Assembly: GCA_963775425.1 (NCBI GenBank)
Contig: CAVZJB010000016.1
Location: 1,216,001-1,280,000, forward strand
DNA: 64,000 nucleotides
Direction of reading: 5' to 3'
Source of the DNA: an uncultured delta proteobacterium
GTDB lineage: Bacteria > Myxococcota > UBA727 > VGSZ01
Both the position numbers and the translations under genes were made by a program. Below the pieces are notes generated by a model. It did not search any database, was not told the DNA's origin, and saw nothing but the letters and a program-made list of their open reading frames with translations. Positions 27,701 through 36,609 of the stretch are shown piece after piece. Every line of letters begins with the position of its first letter. Positions within the stretch are counted from its first letter, which is position 1.

Positions 27701-30499
27701 CGTGACGTACGACGCCTGACCCGTGGCGAACTGGCTCTCGCGCAGGTGCGAGTGCCAGGTGCGCTTGTACAGCCGCACCTTCACCTTCTGGCCCTTGAGC
27801 AACTTGTCGTCGACGCCGACCGCGATGATCTCGGGCTCGAGCGTGAGCGGCTTGTTCGAGTAGCGCGGCAGGCGCATGCCGAGAGTGAACGGCGGCAACG
27901 CCTCCACCTCCGTCACGGCGCTCACCTCCTGGTTGTCCGCGCCCGTGACGGTGGCCTCGAAGCGATAGACGCGGGGCGAGCCGTCGAGGTCGAGGGCGGG
28001 GTTCACCTCGATCTCGTCGGCGCCGTCGTCGGACAGCTCGCCGCTCTTCTCGGTGCGCTCGTCGGGGTGCCGGGCCTCGGGCCGCGCGAACTGCATGCTC
28101 GAGGCGAACAGGAAGCCCTCGCGCCCGCGGGGCACGTGGTGCGCGGGCCGCCGCGTGACCGTCCAATGGATCTTCTCGTGGGCGACGTTGCCGCCGGCGT
28201 AGTAGCGCGCCATGGCCTTGACCTTGAACGGCCCGTCGAGCCGCGCCCGCAGCGGCCCGCTGAGCTGCACCTCGAAGGTGGGGATGCGGTAGGCCTCGAT
28301 CTGGAAGTTGCGCGCCGCGAGGGTTCGACCGTTTTCGACGAGGCTGGCGGTGTAGCTGCCGGTGGGCGGATCGTCCTTCTGCCACACGGCGTCGAAGCCG
28401 AAGAGCGCCGAGCGCTTGGGCTTGAGCTTCCACTGCTGTCCACCGGGCCCGTCGATCTGGATGACGAAGGACGTCTTCTTGTCGATCACGGGCAGGGACA
28501 GGACGCCGCCACGCTTGTCACGCAGGTACCCCTTCAGGAACACCTTCTCACCGGGCCGGTAGATGGGCCGCTCGGTGAACAGGAAGCCGAGCGCGTGATC
28601 GTTCTCCGGCGGCGGCACCGGCGCCGTCAGGTGCGCGAGCCAGGTCCCGCCCGCCGACCAGTGGTTGCGCATGAACTGCGGCGGCGGGCTGCGCGGGTCG
28701 AACACCAGCACGTCCTCGCCCTTGCGGACCACGACGCGGAGCACCTGCTCCCACTCGGGGTGCACGTCGACCACGGCCTTGCCGCCGGCGTCGGTGACCA
28801 CGGTGACCTCGTCGAAGCGCGGCCCCTTGTCGCCCTTCTTCGGATCCAGGCGCACCTCGAACGTGAGGCGCGCGCCGTCGACGGGCGCGGCGCCGTCGAG
28901 CGTGCGCACGAAGAACACCGCGCGGCCGCGCTCCTCGGCGGTGGTGACGCTCATGTTGGTGATCTGCACCCGCACGTAGCTCCGCTCGGGCGGGCCCTGC
29001 AGGCGGCGCAGCCCGACCAGATAGGTGCCCGGCCGGTGCGCGCCGACGGCGGCGTCGAGCATGGGCCCGATGTCGAGGCCGAAGGACGTGCTCCCGCTCT
29101 TGTCGCCGAGCGGGAGGTCCACCACCTTGGACACGAGCGGCGAGCCGAGCATGCGAAGGTGCGACGCGAGCACGCCCGCCTCCACGTAGGTCCCCACCGG
29201 CGGCATCGCCGGCTCCTGCCCGGGAAACGGCGGCGGCGCGTCCTCGTTCACCACCACCGGCGACGACGGGAACGGCCACAGCCCCGGGTGGAGCGGATCG
29301 ATGCGGTAGATGCGCACGTCGGCGCGCGGCTCGCCGTAGCCGACGAGCGGGACCATGCGCGGCCCGCGCTCCTCGAGCATCGACTGCCCCTCGCGGAAGC
29401 GCAAAAACGGCCGCTTCCACCCCACGTAGAAGTAGAGCTCGACGGCGCCGGGGTCGACGAGCGGCCGCCCCTCATTGTCGACGACGGGGGCCGCCTGCAC
29501 GCGCATCTTGTAGAGCGTGTCCGGGACCAGCTTGCCCTCGAGTTGCACGCGGCTGCCGAACACACGCGCGCGCAGGTCGGGCACACTCGGCTCCAGGTGC
29601 ACGAGCTTCTTCACCGCCGTGAGCGTCAGCTCCGCCGGCGGCGCCGAGAACACGAGCTGCGGGGCCTCTCCCTGGCTGCCGCAGTCGAGCGCGCGCTCCT
29701 TCTGCGCCCGCGGCGCGCCCACCACGCTCGCCCGATCACCGCCGCACGACACCTCGAGCAGCGTGAAGGCCCCGCGTGTGGACGCGCGCCCGGTCCACAG
29801 GCTCTTGCCCTCGTCCCCGAGGGCGAGCGCGAGCGTGACCACGAGCTGCTTGCCCTCGCCTACCTCGTCGTCGAGGGTGACGGCGTAGACCGCCGGATCC
29901 TTCTGATCGGCGCGCGGCAGCTCGGCGATGCTCGGGTTGTCGACGAGGGTGCGCGCGCTGTCGCCGATGCCGGGGAGGTCCCTGATCTCGATCTTCAGCA
30001 TCTTCTTGAGCGCGTCGAGCGGGAGCGCCTGGGGGAAGGTCAAGGTGAGCGTGCGGAACGGCCTCAGGTTGTCGGCGCCGTCGGCCGGCGACATCGCCAT
30101 GGGCGCGGTCATCATCGTGGACAACACGCGCGACGCGCCGTCGGCCTCGACGGCGAAGCGCGACAGCGCGGGCCACGGCTCCGCCGGCCGGAACTGGAGC
30201 GTCTTTCGGTCGAGCCAGGTCCACGCGCCCGGCCACGCCGGCTTCATCCGCGCCAGCCGCGACGGGTCGTCGGCGGGGGCGTGGCTGCCGCCGGCGCCGG
30301 CGGGGCCGACGTTGGCGACGAAGTAGACGGTGACCGGGTCGTACCCGCGCAGGAAGCGCTCGGGGAGGATCTCGGTCTTGTCGGACGCGGGCCGCTGGTG
30401 CTCGTCGGCGGCCGTATAGATCGTCTCGGCGGCCACGGCGCCGACGGCGACGGCGAGGAGGAGGGGGACGGCGACGCGCGGTCGCAAGCGCGATCTCAT
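24704..30499 (-). CDS. Bacterial alpha-2-macroglobulin
   Basis: FTERPIYRPGE, LWLVDEAVL, SDDLTNFKVRAVA, thioester motif YPHGCLEQ, ATTPGSY/ELMY; Sec signal; start at the ATGA overlap 30499. Confidence 0.92.
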   Translation of the reverse strand: MRSRLRPRVAVPLLLAVAVGAVAAETIYTAADEHQRPASDKTEILPERFLRGYDPVTVYFVANVGPAGAGGSHAPADDPSRLARMKPAWPGAWTWLDRKTLQFRPAEPWPALSRFAVEADGASRVLSTMMTAPMAMSPADGADNLRPFRTLTLTFPQALPLDALKKMLKIEIRDLPGIGDSARTLVDNPSIAELPRADQKDPAVYAVTLDDEVGEGKQLVVTLALALGDEGKSLWTGRASTRGAFTLLEVSCGGDRASVVGAPRAQKERALDCGSQGEAPQLVFSAPPAELTLTAVKKLVHLEPSVPDLRARVFGSRVQLEGKLVPDTLYKMRVQAAPVVDNEGRPLVDPGAVELYFYVGWKRPFLRFREGQSMLEERGPRMVPLVGYGEPRADVRIYRIDPLHPGLWPFPSSPVVVNEDAPPPFPGQEPAMPPVGTYVEAGVLASHLRMLGSPLVSKVVDLPLGDKSGSTSFGLDIGPMLDAAVGAHRPGTYLVGLRRLQGPPERSYVRVQITNMSVTTAEERGRAVFFVRTLDGAAPVDGARLTFEVRLDPKKGDKGPRFDEVTVVTDAGGKAVVDVHPEWEQVLRVVVRKGEDVLVFDPRSPPPQFMRNHWSAGGTWLAHLTAPVPPPENDHALGFLFTERPIYRPGEKVFLKGYLRDKRGGVLSLPVIDKKTSFVIQIDGPGGQQWKLKPKRSALFGFDAVWQKDDPPTGSYTASLVENGRTLAARNFQIEAYRIPTFEVQLSGPLRARLDGPFKVKAMARYYAGGNVAHEKIHWTVTRRPAHHVPRGREGFLFASSMQFARPEARHPDERTEKSGELSDDGADEIEVNPALDLDGSPRVYRFEATVTGADNQEVSAVTEVEALPPFTLGMRLPRYSNKPLTLEPEIIAVGVDDKLLKGQKVKVRLYKRTWHSHLRESQFATGQASYVTEQEDDKIAEIDVVTAADVMKAKLPVAEAGVYVVELSARDKLGRVQTLSADLYVGGKQPVAWQKGEAGVFELVPDKAEPKKYAPGDVAHVVVKSPFTHAKALVIVEEPAGNRYRFLDVDGGNATVDVPIAREHVPNLPVHVVLMRPRLGEPSAGGDDAPYRPETMAASIDLPVEPVKNTVEVVVKHPETARPGQTVDFGITLKDDRGAPLAGEVTLWLVDEAVLALAPEGTLDPLSSFIVRNERKTSVSDTRNEVVGRLLVEEAPGGDGADEKQAEEEGEGAPHRRVRKNFQTVPYYAATLQVPASGKLTVPVKLSDDLTNFKVRAVAASGVERFGNWESKIRVRLPVLVQPQLPRFVRRGDTIEGGAVARVVEGKDGPGVVKLEMSGPVDLRKRSRDVKLAKNKAQSVIFPMEIKNGPGPEALKVKVDVYRKSDGVGDAFEVSIPVLPDRQYESMATMESWPTGTRALPALPEPPRPGTVRQEVVATTVRGLLEAVGALEYTEEYPHGCLEQKLSRLAPQLALGQLGAVLGGFGEAGAIKDNVKRLLEEMPAFQDDDGRFAYWPGTVGDVQLTADALAFVSMAEGIGLHLDDKVKARAVEALKRALRSDYPGFISGYRYNEQTAALRSLFVIGEHDEHYLTDLFRTRRDMDLTSRTELALAMLRMRSVFDADLKKARDELWGSVVFKLDHGKRVYVGLSDPRVDWGGLILGSPTSTLAGVVQGLSELDPENGDLPLLFDGLLRQSNGMRGFGSTYDNRRAVDAIVTYLKEARPGREPAKVIVVDAGKRRRVELALDDRIKAARASVAEDGPLTVTVTGNPVQARVKRTWLPAALGDRVGALKNGFIVQRAMTVLKKGGGEPVRLEDKRAAERTLAVGDVVEIHATVTSDKARSNVAFTVPFAAGFEPLNPALKTSSSEAVPSEHDSITPTYVERLDSEVRYYFRSLPRGTFSFHFRVKATTPGSYVHPPALAELMYDDTVRGRGDGMRVIITPAADAK

Positions 30500-33400
30500 G
30501 GGCGCACCTCGCTGGTCTTTTCGGGCTTGATGCCGGCCCGTCGGAAGAAGTCCTTCAGCCACGCGTCGGGGACGTCGATGACGTCGCCCTTGAGGCCGAG
30601 CACCACGGGCTTGAAGCGCCGCGGGGCCTCGTCGTCGGGCGCTTCGACCCGCAGGTAATACGTCCCGCGTCTCAAGCGGTGGAACTGGTGGCAGCCGTCG
30701 CCGACGACGCTCTGGCCGTCGTCGAGGAGCGTGCACACCAGGGTGTCGGCGCCGGTCTGGAGGCCGATGCCCACCTCGCCGTCGGCCTGGAGGGTGAAGC
30801 GGAAGGTCCGCGCGTCGCCCGACGCCACCAAGGCCTCGGGGCCGACGCCGTCCTTCAGCGCGACGACGGGCTCGCTCTCGACGTGGACGTTGCCCGACAA
30901 CGGCGCACCACCGAAGGCGCGCACGACCACGCGGTGGGTGCCGCGCGGCAGCACCCGCACGAGATCGCACCCGCCGCCGAGCCCCTGCGACTGCACGATC
31001 TTCCCGCCCTCCACGAGGGCGCAGACGCCGCCCGTGGCGTGCACGTGAACCACGCGGGTCTCGGTGAGCACGATCTTCCGATCGACGACGTGGCCCGCCA
31101 ACGCGACGGCGGTCCCGAGCGGCGCCGCGCGCAAGGATGACGACGACGACACGGGCGGCAGCGCGCCGAAGCGGCCCGCCCAGAAGTCGCCGGCGGCGGC
31201 CGCGACGTCCTCCTCGTGAGGGGCGGCCCCGTGGGGCGCGCGGCTCGACGCCCGCGGCGCGGCGTACGTGAACACGCGCCACGCGCGCTTGTCGTGCTCC
31301 ACCTTGATCTCGGCGCCCTGCCCCGCCGGGAGCCGCGCGTGACAGCCGGCGACGTGGCCGCCGCCGTCCATGTGGATCGAGCACGCGAGCGCGCCCCAGC
31401 CCTCGACGTGGACGACGCGATCCACGGGCGCCGCGGCGAGCAGGAGTCGCGCGCGTCCGGGGAAGGGCGGCTTCACCTCGCGCAGGCCCACGAGCGCGCG
31501 CGGCGGCTCGGCGCCGTCGAGGACGAGCAGGTCCGCCCGCGCTTCGAACGGGCTCGCGTCGCCCGCGCCCCTCACGAGGACGAGGGAGCCGCCGCGGCCG
31601 CGCAACACGCACGTTGCGAGCGCGCCCGGTTTGTCGGCGACGGGCGCGCGGTGCGGGGCGCAGAGATCGCGCGCGCGGCCGGCGCCGTCGACGGAGACGG
31701 CCCAGGCGTCGGCGGGCAGCGCGAGCTTCACCCGGAACCCGGCGGCCGGCAGCGCGAAGCGCGCGCTCTCCCCTGCGAACGACAGCGTCGACGCGCCCGC
31801 CGCGAGCGGCGCCTCCGACGTCGGCCACGACGCCGCGCGGCGCGCGATGACGGCGTCGACGTGCGACCCCGGCGACGTCCACACCGAGAGCGTGCTCTCT
31901 TCGACGGGGCCGGTGGCGGCGGCGCACGTGGCGGCGTCGTGGGCGCCGGCGCCGCCGTCGATGGCGCAGGAGGGCGCGGCCGGGCTGCCGAACGGGACCT
32001 CCACCTGCACGAGGTGGAGCGCCGCCTTGTTCGATGCCTGGCGCTCGGCTGCCCGCGCGCCGTCGAGCGCGCGGAGCTCGTCGCGCGGCGCGCCGAGCTT
32101 GGCGACCTGTTCGTCGAGGCTCACGCGCCCGCCGCCGGGCGCGACAACGACGACGTCGCCCGGGGTGAACGACGCCGCCGTGCGGCACGGCCTGAGCGCG
32201 CCGCCGCCCGCGGACGCCTGTCGGCACCAACTGTCGGGGCCGGTGCCGTACCGCCCGCGCCGCGGGAGCGTCGCCCGCAGCGCCGCGCCCGCGGCGATCT
32301 TGCCGCCGCCGCCGCGGCGCACGTCGAGGCGCTCGAGCGCCACCTTCACCGCCGCCGGCCGATCGGCGGTCCAGGCGAAGACGCGGAAGCCCTTGTGCTC
32401 GTCGCCGGGCCACAACAGGAAGCGGCAGCGCCGCACGCCCACGTGCTTGTCGAGCAACGCGCCCGCGCGATCCTGGGCCGCGCAGGAGAAGTCCTGCTCC
32501 GACGTCATCGTCACCTGCTGCACCACGCCCGGGCCCGCGTCCGGCAGCGGCGCCGTCGCCACCTTCTCCACCACGCGGAAGCTCTCGCCGTCCTTGAGCT
32601 CGCCGACGTCCTTGGCCTCCAGGAACGCGGCGCGCACCTCGGTGCTCCCCGGCTGCAGCGCCTCGGCCTCGACGCCGAGCGTGTACTTCCCCGGCGCGAG
32701 CGGCACCGCCAACGCGCAATTCCAGTCGGCGCCGCTGTCGGCGCTCTCCGCCACCAGGGAGCCGTCGGCCGCGCGCAAGCGGCAGCGGACGTCGACGTCC
32801 CCGCGGGTCTTGATGCGCAACAAGCCGGCGCGCGCCGCGGCGACGCCGGCGCCGTCGATGTCGTCGCCGCTTCGCGCCACATCGGGCATCACCACGTCGA
32901 TGCGGCCGGGGACCGGCGCCGTCAGCGCCACGCCCGGCACCGCCGTGCGCACGCCGATCTTCACGGTGTAGTGAATGGCCACGTCGCCGTGGCTGTGCTC
33001 GGTCTCGAGCACGTACGTCCCCGGGGCGAGGTGCGCGACGTGCCCCGCGAGCGGCGGCATCTCCTGGGCCGCCAGCCCGGGCGCCCTTGGGCTCGCCCCC
33101 CGCCCTCGGAACATCGCGCGCGGGACCGCGGAGAAGCGGCCACCGCGGCCGGTGCCGATGCTGCCGGCGCCGTCGTTTTCGCCGTACGCGTCGCCGCCCT
33201 CCATCTCGCCTTCGTCGCCCTCGTCGCCCTCGTCGCCCTCGGTCTCGCTCCCTTCGTCGCCCTCGACGTCCCCGCCTTCGTCGCCCTCGTACGCGCCGCC
33301 CTCGTCGCCTTCGTCCGCCGCGGATCCCGAGGCCGTGCCCACCGGAGGCACCGTGTCGATCACCTCCCGCGAGCCGCGCGCGCCCAGGCGGAAGACGCGA

Positions 33401-36042
33401 CCCTGCATGCCGTGGTCGAGCTCGATGCCGACGTCCAGCTCCACGGGCACCTGGAAGCGGAGCTCATCCTTGCCATCGGCGCCGAGCTCGGCGGCGTAAC
33501 GCCGGTTGAGCGCGATCCGGTGGACGCGGTCCCCGGTGAGGACCACCGCGGGGACCACCGGCGTGACCGACGTCCGCCTCCGGCTCTCCACCGTCAGCGG
33601 CATCGCCGTGAGGATGTAACGGCCTGGCTCGAGCGAAACGGTCTGCGAGCAGGAGGCCGGCACCGGCTGTACCGGCCACCCGTCGTGATCGTCGAGCCGG
33701 CAGGCGAGCGCGGCCCCTTGCGCGCTGGTCGACAGCGCGAGCGCAGAGGTCCCCTTCACGTCGAAGGTCTGCTGCGCGAGCTCGCCCGCGGCGACGCGGA
33801 AGAAGACGTCGTCGCCGACAGCCACCGCCCCGAGCGCCCGCGGCCGCCGCTCCACCAGGTGCACGCCGGCGCGCCCGCGACTCGTGCCGACGGTGGTCGC
33901 CGTGAACAGATAGCTGCCCGGCTTCAGGTAGCCCTGCACCAGGCAGTTGCGCCCCCGCCCGTTGCGATCGCCGTCGACCAGATCGGCGACGGTGGGCGTG
34001 CGCAGCCGGCAACGGGTGGCGAGGAGCCCCTCGGTCTGGAGGTCGTAGAGGCCGGGGCGATCGACCTTCACGATCATCGAGCGCGACTGGTCGCGATCGA
34101 AGTCCATCCACAGCGGCGCGGCCGCGGTGATGGTCGGCAGCCGGGCGAGCTGGGGGTCGAAGCGCGGCAGCGGCACCGTCGGCGGCGGCGTCAGCCGGCC
34201 GAGCAACGCGAGGAACGGCATGTCGTCGCCGCTCGCGAGCGTGAGCGTGGCGGGCGCCGGGAGCGCCGGGCTGCGGCACACGCCGTCGCGCACCGGGAGA
34301 TCGGTGTCCCCGAGGCGGCACCGCATCGTCCGCCCCGCCTGCGTGTGCACCACCACGGGCGCGCCCGCCGCCACGGTCACAGACACCGTGCGCAGCGGAT
34401 CGAGCACCACCGGCAGCGAGCCCGCGAGCGACATCGGCGCGCCCCGCGCGAGGAACGCGCGCAGCGAGGCCCCGCCCTCGGACGACGTGACGAGCCGGTA
34501 TCTCCCCCGCGCGAGATCGATCGCGGGGAAGCTGCAGGCCGCCTTGGCCGGCGTCTTGTGCGCCTTCAGATCGGGGAGCCCGACCTGCCCCACGCGCAGC
34601 GTCTGGATGCCCGGGCGGCCGCCGTAGAAGCGCACCTCGTACAAGCCCGCGCCGAGGGCGCGGGTGAAGTCGCACTTGTTGTCCTCGCCGGCGCCGACGC
34701 GCTCCTTCTTCCAGCCGTCGAGCCGGAAGACCTCGCAGCTCGCCTTGGTCTTGTCGTCGCCGCGCACGGTGTACAGGCCGGGCTTGTCGATCTTCAGCCA
34801 CACCGCGGTGCTCGTGGCCGCGTAGTTGAAGGAGCGCTCGAAGGGCTCGGTCCAGTCGACCTCCGGCGCATCCACCGCCACCCGGCGCACGAAGCGCTCG
34901 CGGTCGTCGATCTGATCGATGGCGCACCCGAGGGGCTCGGCGTCCATCGAGAGCGGAAAGGACGGCGCGGTGACGAAGTAGCGGCCGGGCAGGCCGATGG
35001 TGAGATCACGGGTGGCGCCGGTGGGCCAGTAGCCGTCGTTGGTCGTCGACGCGAGCGGGCCCCAGGCGAGCTCGCCCGAGGTGCCGGGCGCGCCTTCGAG
35101 CACGATCACGTTGCCCGCGCTCGGCGACGTGCCGCGCGTGGTGAGCGCGCAGGCGGCGACGCCCGCCTTGGGATCGATGCTGCAGGAGGGGCCGCCCCGG
35201 GCGCGGGCGCCGGTGCCCTTGGTGACGGCTTCGACGTGCATGGAAAACGGAGCGGCCGACGGCCGATCGAGCTCGGTGAACGCGGCGAGCCCGCGCTCGC
35301 CCGCCTGCACCTCGAGGAAGCCCCACGCCGGGAGGGTGAACGCGCGCGCGTGCGCGGCTCCTCCCGGAGGCGCGCCGCGCGTGATGAAGACCACATCGTC
35401 CTCGGGCCCACGGGTCCACGCCTTGGGCGCCGTGCCGTAGACCACCACCTTCACGTCACCGGGGTCGACCACGGCATCGATGCGGTGCCGGTAGATGCTC
35501 CGTCCCTCACGCGGCGTCGACTCGCGGACGTTGTCGGCGGGCGACTCGAGCCAGCGGCCGTCACGCCAGAGGGCGACGCGGCCGGCGGTGCGACCTGCGA
35601 CCTCGAGCGTGATGCTCCTCCGCTTGTCGATGTGCAGCCAGGCCGAGACCTGCTGGTGCGGATGGAGCTCCGTCTGGATCGAAGCGCCGTCCTCGAGGCG
35701 AACCGCGGGCTGCACCTCCTCGAAGGGTGTCACCGTGACCTTCGCCTTCCCTTTGCCGCGCTGCGGCGACGAGAGCCGCGCTTTGTAAAGGCTGGCGTCG
35801 AGCATCAGATCGAGATCGCAGCTCTCCCGGCCGGCGACGCCGGCGGAGGCGAAGGGGCCGCGCAGGTGATCGGCGACGCTGCACGCGGTGCCCGCCTCGC
35901 TGTCGACATGCAGGCGGTACATGCCTGTGGCGGGGACCTTGATGACGACGTCCTGAGCACCGCGCGCGTCGACGACGTCGGGGGCGACGTTCACCTGCGC
36001 GGAGATCAAGATGGCGGGCAAAGCGGCGAGACCGAGCTGCAT
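30496..36042 (-). CDS. Large (1848 aa) secreted multi-domain protein with PPC-like beta-sandwich repeats and an acidic linker
   Basis: Short signal peptide; repeated C...C...L.PG.Y modules; D/E/G-rich stretch at ~33170-33320; stop overlaps the A2M start. Confidence 0.8.
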   Translation of the reverse strand: MQLGLAALPAILISAQVNVAPDVVDARGAQDVVIKVPATGMYRLHVDSEAGTACSVADHLRGPFASAGVAGRESCDLDLMLDASLYKARLSSPQRGKGKAKVTVTPFEEVQPAVRLEDGASIQTELHPHQQVSAWLHIDKRRSITLEVAGRTAGRVALWRDGRWLESPADNVRESTPREGRSIYRHRIDAVVDPGDVKVVVYGTAPKAWTRGPEDDVVFITRGAPPGGAAHARAFTLPAWGFLEVQAGERGLAAFTELDRPSAAPFSMHVEAVTKGTGARARGGPSCSIDPKAGVAACALTTRGTSPSAGNVIVLEGAPGTSGELAWGPLASTTNDGYWPTGATRDLTIGLPGRYFVTAPSFPLSMDAEPLGCAIDQIDDRERFVRRVAVDAPEVDWTEPFERSFNYAATSTAVWLKIDKPGLYTVRGDDKTKASCEVFRLDGWKKERVGAGEDNKCDFTRALGAGLYEVRFYGGRPGIQTLRVGQVGLPDLKAHKTPAKAACSFPAIDLARGRYRLVTSSEGGASLRAFLARGAPMSLAGSLPVVLDPLRTVSVTVAAGAPVVVHTQAGRTMRCRLGDTDLPVRDGVCRSPALPAPATLTLASGDDMPFLALLGRLTPPPTVPLPRFDPQLARLPTITAAAPLWMDFDRDQSRSMIVKVDRPGLYDLQTEGLLATRCRLRTPTVADLVDGDRNGRGRNCLVQGYLKPGSYLFTATTVGTSRGRAGVHLVERRPRALGAVAVGDDVFFRVAAGELAQQTFDVKGTSALALSTSAQGAALACRLDDHDGWPVQPVPASCSQTVSLEPGRYILTAMPLTVESRRRTSVTPVVPAVVLTGDRVHRIALNRRYAAELGADGKDELRFQVPVELDVGIELDHGMQGRVFRLGARGSREVIDTVPPVGTASGSAADEGDEGGAYEGDEGGDVEGDEGSETEGDEGDEGDEGEMEGGDAYGENDGAGSIGTGRGGRFSAVPRAMFRGRGASPRAPGLAAQEMPPLAGHVAHLAPGTYVLETEHSHGDVAIHYTVKIGVRTAVPGVALTAPVPGRIDVVMPDVARSGDDIDGAGVAAARAGLLRIKTRGDVDVRCRLRAADGSLVAESADSGADWNCALAVPLAPGKYTLGVEAEALQPGSTEVRAAFLEAKDVGELKDGESFRVVEKVATAPLPDAGPGVVQQVTMTSEQDFSCAAQDRAGALLDKHVGVRRCRFLLWPGDEHKGFRVFAWTADRPAAVKVALERLDVRRGGGGKIAAGAALRATLPRRGRYGTGPDSWCRQASAGGGALRPCRTAASFTPGDVVVVAPGGGRVSLDEQVAKLGAPRDELRALDGARAAERQASNKAALHLVQVEVPFGSPAAPSCAIDGGAGAHDAATCAAATGPVEESTLSVWTSPGSHVDAVIARRAASWPTSEAPLAAGASTLSFAGESARFALPAAGFRVKLALPADAWAVSVDGAGRARDLCAPHRAPVADKPGALATCVLRGRGGSLVLVRGAGDASPFEARADLLVLDGAEPPRALVGLREVKPPFPGRARLLLAAAPVDRVVHVEGWGALACSIHMDGGGHVAGCHARLPAGQGAEIKVEHDKRAWRVFTYAAPRASSRAPHGAAPHEEDVAAAAGDFWAGRFGALPPVSSSSSLRAAPLGTAVALAGHVVDRKIVLTETRVVHVHATGGVCALVEGGKIVQSQGLGGGCDLVRVLPRGTHRVVVRAFGGAPLSGNVHVESEPVVALKDGVGPEALVASGDARTFRFTLQADGEVGIGLQTGADTLVCTLLDDGQSVVGDGCHQFHRLRRGTYYLRVEAPDDEAPRRFKPVVLGLKGDVIDVPDAWLKDFFRRAGIKPEKTSEVRP

Positions 36043-36193
36043 CCAGCCCTCCGATGGATCGCGCCGTATGGGGGAGCACGCTCGAGGAGCGCGACGCGCG
36101 CGGGGATCGAAAGGTACAACCGAAGCGGGGCAACTTTCCTTTCCGCCCGGTGTCTTTCGATCCGAAGCTCAACGCTCGCCGGTCACAGCCGTC

Positions 36194-36219
36194 ACCGGAG
36201 GGAGCGGCCGCGCTTGATC
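36194..36219 (+). repeat. Dispersed intergenic repeat, copy 2
   Basis: ACCGGAGGGAGCGGCCGCGCTTGATC, 26 nt identical to 47842-47867. Confidence 0.75.
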
Positions 36220-36386
36220 GATGGTCGCGCTCGACATGAAGCGCGAGAGCCGCGGCGCTTCAACGAAGCGGAGCGACAAAGCACCAAAAGATGTCCGTGC
36301 ATGCGCGCGCCGTCGACGTGGAGCGGTGAACGTCAGCGAGCTCCGCGACGAGCGATGCGCGGGACCTGCGTTTTCATTGACTACTG

Positions 36387-36441
36387 AAAAAAAGAAAAAC
36401 CGGCGATTCAGTCCTGCGCGCTGCGCAAGACCTTCGCCGGT
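36387..36441 (-). terminator. Rho-independent terminator
   Basis: Minus strand ACCGGCGA...TCGCCGGT outer stem, inner 9-bp stem with a G-U wobble that works only on the minus strand, followed by a T-rich run of about 12 nt. Confidence 0.82.
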
Positions 36442-36540
36442 GGCATACAACAAATCAGCAGGCATGCGCGCGAGGGCGGGTTCCGAGCTCCCGCCCTCGC
36501 GGCGCGAAGAGACGAAGCGGTCGCAAGCGACCGCCGGCGA

Positions 36541-36609
36541 CTACTTCTTCTTCGCCTTCTTCTTCGTCTTCTTCTTCGCAGCCTTCTTCTTCTTCTTCTT
36601 GGCAGCCAT
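36541..36609 (-). CDS. 22-aa lysine-rich peptide MAAKKKKKKAAKKKTKKKAKKK
   Basis: AGGAG RBS 7 nt before the ATG; 15 AAG codons; TAG stop; downstream hairpins and terminator; below the ORF-track size cutoff. Confidence 0.75.
   Translation of the reverse strand: MAAKKKKKKAAKKKTKKKAKKK

Noticed and set aside
24704-32719. 2671-aa version of the macroglobulin ORF
   Set aside because: The extension overlaps the upstream gene in another frame; the signal peptide and ATGA overlap place the start at 30499
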